A DNA stretch of 7,031 nucleotides, taken from Octopus sinensis. Taxonomy: Eukaryota. How positions within the stretch are numbered: position 1 is the first letter of the stretch; every line of letters starts with the position of its first letter. Below the pieces are notes generated by a model, which ran no database searches, had not been told where the DNA came from, and saw only the letters and a list, made by a program, of their open reading frames with translations. Below, piece by piece: positions 1 to 6,469 of this stretch. The translations under genes were made by a program, and so were the position numbers. Location of the stretch: contig NW_021829094.1 of the NCBI RefSeq assembly GCF_006345805.1, positions 1 to 7,031 of the forward strand. The letters are read 5' to 3'.

Positions 1-31
1 AAAGCGAACCAAGCGGTAAAAACGCATTTCA

Positions 32-35
<4 letters not shown>

Positions 36-86
<51 letters not shown>
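36..86. repeat. (TA)n microsatellite
   Basis: Uninterrupted TA dinucleotide run of about 25 units. Confidence 0.98.
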
Positions 87-89
<3 letters not shown>

Positions 90-170
90 TCTGTCTCTGC
101 TTGGCCAGTTCTGCCACTGAAACCGGAGTTGGTATGTTTACGTCCTCGTCAATTAGCAGACTTCAAAAAA
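87..170 (+). mobile_element. Degenerate 3' half of the tRNA-derived SINE family seen at 1261-1684
   Basis: 130-157 TGGTATGTTTACGTCCTCGTCAATTAGC matches the reverse complement of the 1261-1684 copy (TGGTGTGTTTACGTCCCCGTAACTTAGC) at 24/28, and follows a TA tract as in that copy. Confidence 0.65.
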
Positions 171-262
171 TTATTAAGAGCTTGTGACAATTTACTGACT
201 GACTAAATCTTTAAAGCTGGTGTCCCAGACTGAAAAAATAAAAGATGATTCATTGAAAAGTG

Positions 263-326
263 TATATACATACATACATACATACATACATACATACATA
301 CATACATACATACACCACACACACAC

Positions 327-404
<78 letters not shown>

Positions 405-424
405 CTATATATATTATTATATAA
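263..424. repeat. Compound microsatellite (TACA)n-(CA)n-(TA)n
   Basis: (TACA)n about 267-314, (CA)n about 315-378, (AT)n about 379-404, then degenerate AT. Confidence 0.97.
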
Positions 425-454
425 TATCAAACTAATAACGAAGGAATATTTAGA

Positions 455-545
455 CACTCAGAAGAGATCCTACTTATATTGCATAAATCGCTGCATATAA
501 ATATGCAACAATATGTAATTAATGCGACCGAAACACGTGTCGGAG
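455..545 (+). ncRNA. Degenerate minimal type I hammerhead-ribozyme-like motif, possibly a Penelope-like element relic
   Basis: CAGAAGA 459-465 (core CUGANGA with U4>A); stem II base GATC 466-469 / GACC 526-529 (3/4 pairs) enclosing a long hairpin; GAAA 530-533; palindromic stem III ACACGTGT 533-540; GTC cleavage triplet 539-541; weak stem I CACT 455-458 / GGAG 542-545; AATAAA at 556-561. Confidence 0.45.
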
Positions 546-789
546 AATTATTATAAATAAACCAACTGCAAATTAACATAAAGTTTGAATATTCAAATTC
601 TTCATTCTCTTTCTTATCAATATTGTACATTACACGCTAAGTAGGCAAAGGAAAAGTGTAACATGAGATGGGAGTTAAAGAAAATTTACCATCTGGAGGA
701 AAAATCCTTTGCATTTTACGTAAAGAAATTCGGTATCTACCTGGATAGCACATGCCTCCTCTTACTACACGCACGCACACACACATATC

Positions 790-1260
790 GCATGACTCAG
801 TGCAGAGCGTCGGGCCCACACTCATAAGGTTGTGAATAGCTGTTATTTCCTGTAAGATGAATCCAGTTGTTCGCCGAGCGTATAGAGTAGATCGATGCAC
901 CACCATCCTTCGGTAGGGAAATGTAACAGCTGTTTCTCTTGTGACAACAGAAGATATGTGGTTAAAATTTCTGCAAGATTTGAAGACATGCACTTTCCTG
1001 TCCGGCCATGATCTCATCAATTTCTTCAAATCTTATTTGAAGAGGAAGGTGAAGATGGAGAAGGTGAACGAGAGGGGTAACACTGATGAGGCTAGATAGA
1101 TTTACTCTGAGTATGCTTTTCTAAGTAGGAGGAATGAACATGGAAGATGGCTCTTCCCATGCTTTGGGAATGTCACAGTAATCAGAAATTTGTTTATTTA
1201 GGGGTCACCCCAAATCACCCTATGTAGGCCACCCCGCTATTGGGGATTCTATTTATTAAT
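790..1260 (+). mobile_element. Decayed 3' end of an L1/Tx1-like LINE (ORF2 C-terminus and start of 3' UTR)
   Basis: Frame +3 from 834 reads E*LLFPVR*IQLFAERIE*IDAPPSFGRE; after a frameshift near 920, frame +2 (917-1096, stop-free) reads ..VTTEDMWLKFLQDLKTCTFLSGHDLINFFKSYLKRKVKMEKVNER. This resembles my recollection of the region after the zinc knuckle in L1/Tx1-type ORF2; HDSVQS at 791-808 may be a decayed H-x4-C. Not verified by search. Confidence 0.5.
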
Positions 1261-1468
1261 TACTCTTTAACTTGTTTTCTGTCATTTGACTGCGGTCATG
1301 CTGCAGCACCGCCATTTTATGTGAACAAATCGACACCAGAACTTATTCTTTGTAAGCCTCGTACTTATTCTATTGGTCTCTTTTGCCAAATCGCTAAGTT
1401 ACGGGGACGTAAACACACCAGCATCAATTGTCAAGTGATACTGGGGGGACAAACACAGACACACAAAT

Positions 1469-1475
1469 ACACACA

Positions 1476-1541
<66 letters not shown>

Positions 1542-1547
1542 ATATCT
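1469..1547. repeat. (AC)n-(TA)n microsatellite inside the SINE
   Basis: (AC)n 1469-1509 followed by (TA)n 1511-1539. Confidence 0.95.
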
Positions 1548-1617
1548 ACGACGAGCTTCTTTCAGTTTCCGTCTACCAAATCCACTCACAATGCTTTGGA
1601 CGGCCGGAGGCTATAGT

Positions 1618-1671
1618 GGGACTGAACCCAGAACCATGTGGTTGGTAAGCAAGCTACTTACCACTCAGCCA
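1618..1671 (-). promoter_or_regulatory. Internal RNA polymerase III promoter (A box and B box) of the SINE
   Basis: A box TGGCTGAGTGG (1671-1661) fits TRGCNNARYGG; B-box-like GGTTCAGTCCC (1628-1618); tRNA-like spacing of about 32 nt. Confidence 0.75.
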
Positions 1672-1684
1672 CTCCTGCGCCTAT

Positions 1685-1833
1685 AGTTATCCATTTCTAA
1701 TTACTATTTTTATATCCCTTAATGCTGTAGAGTCCCCCTTGATCGATGTACCTGTGTGTTCCTAGTATCTAGTCCTTTTGTATTGTCCTTCATGCCTTGG
1801 ACCCTTGTGTCCGATAAAAGAAATCATTATTAT
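1685..1833 (+). mobile_element. Probable remainder of the LINE 3' UTR after the SINE insertion
   Basis: Pyrimidine-rich tract ending CCCTTGTGTCCGATAAAAGAAAT plus a short CATTATTAT tail; collinear with 790-1260 once the SINE is removed. No target-site duplication seen. Confidence 0.35.
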
Positions 1834-2240
1834 GTCACCAGGATAATTAAAATTTCCTTTCTTTGTCAGCAAATATTTGTTCATCTAACGAACCAATAAA
1901 CCGTGTATTTCCAACCATATCTATGTTTCTTCTTTCAAATGTAGTATATCAATAATAGAATGTAACGTCCTCTGATAAGATGGACGTCCTGTGATACTGT
2001 TGGAATTTGTAATTCACAGATCGACAACGTAGAATTTACTATCGAGTCATGACTTGTCAGTTATCATATAAGTTGTAGGATTTTTTAATATATATTTCGC
2101 AAAAAGTCAAATTAAATCTTCCATATTAATTTTTAACACATGACTAAACTTAATAATATATATTTAACCATTCCTTAAATGCTGATATTTTTAATAAAAT
2201 TTTATTCTCGTTTCTTATATTAATAATCTAAAATGAAATT

Positions 2241-2254
2241 TATATACACATCCA

Positions 2255-2304
<50 letters not shown>

Positions 2305-2338
2305 TATATATATTTATATACATATATATATATATATA
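2241..2338. repeat. Imperfect (TA)n tract
   Basis: TA-dominated run with a few interruptions, directly abutting the palindrome. Confidence 0.92.
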
Positions 2339-2821
2339 ATACATAGTAATCTCTCTCTCTCTCTCTCTCTATATCTATCTATCTATCTATTTATCTATAC
2401 GCATGTATGTATGCATGTGTAATTTATACATATATATATATATATGTATATGCATATATATGTACTTATACAAACTTACATGTATATATATATATATATA
2501 CAAAAAGCACTCATCTATGCATATATACATATATGAATATATTTATATTTGTATATATACAAATGCGAATATACATATAATGTATGACTTTGTATATATA
2601 TTATATATATACACAAAGTCATACATTATATGTATATTCGCATTTGTATATATACAAATATAAATATATTCATATATGTATATATGTATAGATGAGTGCT
2701 TTTTGTATATATATATATATATATGTATACATGTAAGTTTGTATAAGTACATATATATGCATATATATATATATATATGTATAAATTACACATGCATACA
2801 TACATGCGTATAGATAAATAG

Positions 2822-2852
<31 letters not shown>

Positions 2853-2859
2853 GACATAC

Positions 2860-2902
<43 letters not shown>

Positions 2903-2913
2903 TTACTATGTAT
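2339..2913. repeat. Long, essentially spacer-free inverted repeat (palindrome) of about 575 bp
   Basis: Left arm starts ATACATAGTAATCTCTC (2339); right arm ends GAGAGATTACTATGTAT (2913); centre about 2601. Unique blocks such as AAAAAGCACTCATCTAT / ATAGATGAGTGCTTTTT and GCGAATATACATATAATGTATGACTTTGT / ACAAAGTCATACATTATATGTATATTCGC are exact reverse complements. The ORF track gives near-identical peptides on opposite strands. Confidence 0.95.
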
Positions 2914-3039
2914 ACAAAATATTCTTTCTTATACAAACTAATACAGTGACTATCCTACACTAACGCACTCGCACACATACGCGTAAATTTATAACTGTAT
3001 ATGTGTGTGTTTATAACATGCTTGTTATGTATAAGATGT

Positions 3040-3170
3040 GCACGTGTTTGGCTGTGTGGTATGAAGTCGGTAAGCCAACTGTATGTTCTCAAGTCCAGTT
3101 CCACTGTACTGCACCTTGAGCAAGGCTCTTCTACTGTAGCTTCGTAGACGGAAACTGAAAGAAACCTGTC
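3040..3170 (+). mobile_element. Degenerate 5' half of the tRNA-derived SINE family
   Basis: A-box-like TGGCTGTGTGG 3049-3059, decayed B box AGTCCAGTTCC 3092-3102, and GTAGACGGAAACTGAAAGAA 3144-3163 identical to the 1261-1684 copy. Confidence 0.75.
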
Positions 3171-3299
3171 TTGCAGATTGGCAGAATAATTATCAATCCA
3201 AAGATTTCGATAAACATGTTGTTCTCATATTCTGGTCGAAATAATGAAGCTGGTGCGACGTTTCCGCGGTAAGTTGTCAGCAGCAAATGATTTATATAT

Positions 3300-3469
3300 A
3301 TTTCTTTACTGCCCACAGGGGGCTAAACACAGAGAAACCACTGCTACCCACAAGGGGCTAAACATAGAGGGGACAAACAAGGACAGACAAGCGGATTAAG
3401 TCGATTACATCGACCCCAGTGCGAAACTTTATTTATCGACCCCGAAAGGATGAAAGGAAAAGTCGACCT
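3300..3469 (-). mobile_element. 5'-truncated copy of a second SINE family (conserved core plus 3' tail)
   Basis: Minus strand reads AGGTCGACTTTTCCTTTCATCCTTTCGGGGTCGATAAATAAAG.., resembling as recalled a conserved metazoan SINE core (Meta-domain-like), then TGGGGTCGATGTAATCGAC and a tail ending GTGGGCAGTAAAGAAAT. The tRNA head is absent and the tail is partly duplicated. Confidence 0.6.
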
Positions 3470-3720
3470 TGTCAAAGTCCCGAGCTCTTCCAATTTGGGA
3501 ATTCTACAAACTGCTTTTTCAATTCTGCAGTTATTTTGGATCTTTGTAGTTTTCATCCTTGTTTCCAATTGTTTTCAAATTTGGTATATGGATTAAGATC
3601 TGTATACTAATTATGGAAATGGAATTCCTTTTCCCTATAACTTCAAAATTAAAATTTTATTAGCCTTTAAAATTTGCAAAAGAAGCGAGTATTTTACACA
3701 TCACCGTGGCGAATAACTCT

Positions 3721-3734
3721 GTTTCCATAGTAAC
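3721..3734. promoter_or_regulatory. RFX X-box-like motif GTTTCCATAGTAAC
   Basis: Exact fit to the 14-bp X-box consensus GTHNYY-AT-RRNAAC, in non-repetitive-looking sequence. Function unproven. Confidence 0.3.
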
Positions 3735-4525
3735 CAAAGATGCAGCGCATACGCAGAAGAGGGTGAAGGAGATACGAAGAAAATAACCTCTTACAATAAT
3801 AATACTCTTGTGCTTTTCTCCGTCGCAACATATGAATAAGAAAAAAAGGGGTGATAGATGAATAAGAAAGGAAGTGGTGATGGGAATCGTGAACATTCAA
3901 CATTCAACGCTGAAAAGAAAAATCAAACAGCGTTTCAACTCTTTGAGTATAAGTGCATATGTGTGTGCATGCACAAGGGAAGTATGTGAATCTATGTGAA
4001 CATTGACATGTATATTAATTTGATTTCGTCATTTTTGACGGCACGAGGTCAGCTAATTTATTTTATAAAATCCTAGAATGCATTGCAAACTTACGTTCTT
4101 GAGTTTTTTAACTAATAAATGTCTGTTTTAAACAAGGGTCTGACGGTTATTTCTAGCAACTTCTGTTGGTTTTGTTTGTTCGTACCTTTTAAATATTTAA
4201 TTTGCTCGCGAATGTTTTAATGTTAACTTCATTCGTGTATACTTTAATATTTTGACTATTATTTCTAGCATTGTTGTGACATGCCGAAGAAGCCGATGAT
4301 GGAAGAGGCAGCGAAAACGCTGTGTTCTGATTGGCTGAAAATTCTGAAAATTATCAAATTTTAACACCTGTAACATTTTTGCAAAATTTTTCTGGAATAA
4401 ATGAATAACAAATTCTGATTCAGTGTCACAACTTAAATTTTTAAAAAATTAGTTAATTGTAAACAGTGACGAAAACCACAAAGATTCGTTATTTTTATGT
4501 CTCTTGGCCTTATTTATTTCTTAAC

Positions 4526-4543
4526 TTATTATCATTATTATTA

Positions 4544-4606
<63 letters not shown>

Positions 4607-4616
4607 TATTATTATT
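4526..4616. repeat. (TTA)n / (TAA)n microsatellite
   Basis: About 30 trinucleotide units with two TCA variants and one single-base slip. Confidence 0.97.
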
Positions 4617-4977
4617 CAGTAGTTTTATTTTTATAGCGTGCTTTCACTTCACTACCGAGCGCAGCTCTGTGTGCCTTGGGTATGTGCTGTGATGTTGTGA
4701 TGCTCTGATGGTTATTGTATGGAAAGTGTTCTGCGTAGGATGTGTGCAGTGCCTAGTAGTGCAATTTTCTGTATGTTATATGTGTTTGTAAGTCCTGGTG
4801 TTTTTGTTATGTATTTGTCTGAATATTTTTTTATCATGCCTAATGCACCTACTATGATAGGAATTGTTTCTGTTTTCAGATTCCACATTCTAGTTACCTC
4901 TATTTCCAGGTCTTTGTATTTTGAGAGTTTCTCCATTTCTTTTAGAGACACGTTGTCATCAGCCGGTATTGATACAT
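4617..4977 (-). mobile_element. 5'-truncated R4/Dong-clade non-LTR retrotransposon, subfamily A copy 1 (endonuclease C-terminus and 3' UTR)
   Basis: Minus strand reads VSIPADDNVSLKEMEKLSKYKDLEIEVTRMWNLKTETIPIIVGALGMIKK..IQKIALLGTAHILRRTLSIQ* (stop 4712-4714): the K-x2-KY, W, P-x3-GALG and QK-x2-LLGT-x2-ILR pattern of restriction-like endonuclease domains. A 95-nt 3' UTR runs into (AAT)n. Confidence 0.88.
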
Positions 4978-5005
4978 ATTATTATTATTATTATTATTAT
5001 TATTA

Positions 5006-5062
<57 letters not shown>

Positions 5063-5066
5063 TATT
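4978..5066. repeat. (TTA)n microsatellite
   Basis: About 29 units with one TCA variant and one slip. Confidence 0.97.
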
Positions 5067-5524
5067 GAGCGAGAGAGCAGTGCATGTCAACAAACATACA
5101 AAGCCCAGTATAAATATCATGGCTACTCGTTTGATAATGGTGCACCAGACACCAGCATCACAACCATATGTGCGCGACATGTTGCTCTTATATCAAGATA
5201 AACAACGCATGGCCTTGCAGGTGGAGGCCCAGTAAGAATTTTCCTTCATGTTGAGTAGCCCATCCTGCTCAAAAGCCCCTGAATAAAAGTTGTTTTAGGA
5301 TGTGGAACAAAACGCTCATGTTTCCAGAGGTGAATCATTCAAACCCCAGAAAATTCCTCTCAACCACATGGCTATGGTGCTCCGACACTGCTTCTGCTCA
5401 TGATCAGAGATGCACATGTCGCCAGCCATTAAGGGACATGCTCAACTCGTCAAGATCAAACAACTGACACGCATATCTGTGATATCGAGTAGAATATTTG
5501 CTATGTCCCATCTTTTATACCAAG
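5067..5524 (-). mobile_element. Unclassified ~460-bp non-coding interspersed repeat bounded by (TTA)n on both sides
   Basis: Sharp borders with TTA arrays at 5066/5067 and 5524/5525, higher GC than flanks, no recognisable protein. Resembles an abundant octopus repeat as recalled (unverified). Strand is assumed from the neighbouring elements. Confidence 0.55.
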
Positions 5525-5599
<75 letters not shown>

Positions 5600-5623
5600 A
5601 TTATAATTATTAATATAATTATA

Positions 5624-5657
<34 letters not shown>

Positions 5658-5665
5658 GTAGTAGC

Positions 5666-5702
<37 letters not shown>
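5525..5702. repeat. Compound (TTA)n-(TAG)n microsatellite
   Basis: (TTA)n about 5525-5657 with a degenerate patch near 5597-5625, then (TAG)n to 5702. Confidence 0.97.
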
Positions 5703-5709
5703 TGATAAT

Positions 5710-6180
5710 TATCTTCTTCAATGTTTTTCCCTTTCTTGCCGAGTGTCTTCCCAACACCTAGGGTAAAGAAACTTACTGTATACATTGATAGGCTATTAAA
5801 ATAAACACAGACAGAGGAAAGAAGGAAAAAAAACTGAAAAAAAGTAAACAAGGAAAATGAATGGGAAAAATTGTGATGTATCATGTAAGACAACCTTTTG
5901 CACGGTTGGTAAGCCAGGTATTATTCTTAAATAATTCTCAGTTCCTTTTTTGATCTTTCCAGGTGCTCCTACAATCACTGGTATTGTAACCGTCTTGAGA
6001 TGCCTGCCACATCTTTTCAATTTCGATTAGCAAATCTTCATACTTTCTGAGCTTATCAAATTATTTTGCCGAGGTATTATGGTCACAGGTTAGGCTCATG
6101 TCAATCAGTAAAATGACTTTATTGTTTGGGTCCTTCACAAAAATATCTGGTTTATTAACTTTGATAGTCCAATCTGTGCT
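5710..6180 (-). mobile_element. Decayed R4/Dong-clade fragment, subfamily B
   Basis: Minus strand TDWTIKVNKPDIFVKDPNNKVILLIDMSLTCDHNTSAK*FDKLRKYEDLLIEIEKMW, then after a TGCC 4-bp duplication (6001-6008) HLKTVTIPVIVGAPGKIKKGTENYLRIIPGLPTVQKVVL. KPD at 6153-6145, IDM at 6105-6097, stop at 6063-6061. The 3' UTR boundary is approximate. Confidence 0.82.
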
Positions 6181-6194
6181 TCTACCGTTTGTCA

Positions 6195-6440
6195 CATCGA
6201 TCACAACTGCTTAACTTCCCAAGCTACCCTATCACATCTCTCGACTTTTCTTTCTTCCTTATCGCATACATTTTTGTCAGCTGGGCATGCTATATTTATG
6301 ATCCAGCATAGTTTCTTTTCTTTCTCATGTAAGACTATGTCCGGCTTCCTGTTCTCTATCTCATGGTCGCATTGAATCTTAAAATGCCATAAGATCTTTG
6401 CATTTCTATTTTCGACGATGCCCTCAGGTTTTTGGTGGTA
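6195..6440 (-). mobile_element. Decayed R4/Dong-clade fragment, subfamily C copy 1 (no 3' end)
   Basis: Minus strand YHQKPEGIVENRNAKILWHFKIQCDHEIENRKPDIVLHEKEKKLCWIINIACPADKNVCDKEERKVERCDRVAWEVKQL*SM. RKPD motif present (KPD 6347-6339); second catalytic D appears as N. Confidence 0.82.
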
Positions 6441-6469
6441 TTATTATTATAAATATTATTATTATTATT
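6441..6469. repeat. Short interrupted (TTA)n tract
   Basis: TTATTATTATAAATATTATTATTATTATT between two retroelement fragments. Confidence 0.9.

Larger units (their letters stand above)
1261..1684 (-). mobile_element. Near full-length tRNA-derived SINE with internal microsatellite
   Basis: Minus strand begins ATAGGCGCAGGAGTGGCTGAGTGG.. with Pol III A and B boxes, then GTAGACGGAAACTGAAAGAAG, a central (TA)n(TG)n tract and a 3' body ending ..GTCAAATGACAGAAAACAAGTTAAAGAGTA. Related partial copies at 87-170 and 3040-3170. Confidence 0.85.

Noticed and set aside
192-457. ORFs 192-380, 203-457 and 220-435
   Set aside because: Translations of a compound microsatellite (CV, HT, YI repeats) with no protein signal.
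792-798. AP-1-like TGACTCA
   Set aside because: A single 7-mer is expected by chance at this window size and lies in a repeat remnant.
427-1029. Minus-strand ORFs 427-630 and 637-1029
   Set aside because: No recognisable domain; the longer one is largely antisense to the LINE-like remnant and crosses a CA repeat.
1083-1090. CTGATGAG, a perfect hammerhead core half
   Set aside because: No stem II followed by GAAA downstream; it lies within the LINE-like reading frame.
1628-1684. Possible tRNA gene
   Set aside because: A and B boxes are present but there is no complete cloverleaf, and it continues into SINE body shared with other copies.
1240-1686. 148-aa and 62-aa ORFs on the + strand
   Set aside because: Antisense read-through of the SINE and its microsatellite.
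1965-2054. 13-bp direct repeat ACGTCCT(C/G)TGATA (1965, 1984) and 10-bp palindrome AGTCATGACT (2045-2054)
   Set aside because: Too short and isolated to separate from chance.
2403-2936. YI-rich ORFs on both strands
   Set aside because: Artefacts of the AT-rich palindrome; their mirror identity only reflects the inverted repeat.
3344-3903. ORFs 3344-3568, 3419-3610, 3660-3896 and 3694-3903
   Set aside because: Short, partly within a SINE, no recognisable motifs, no convincing pair of splice sites.
4269-4365. Possible exon after TTTCTAG with ORF MPKKPMMEEAAKTLCSDWLKILKIIKF
   Set aside because: Only 27 codons, no donor site or homology; the segment may be part of an unclassified repeat.
4719-5893. 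Poly-I, poly-Y, poly-N, poly-S and poly-L ORFs
   Set aside because: Translations of (TTA)n and (TAG)n arrays or antisense to the endonuclease fragment.
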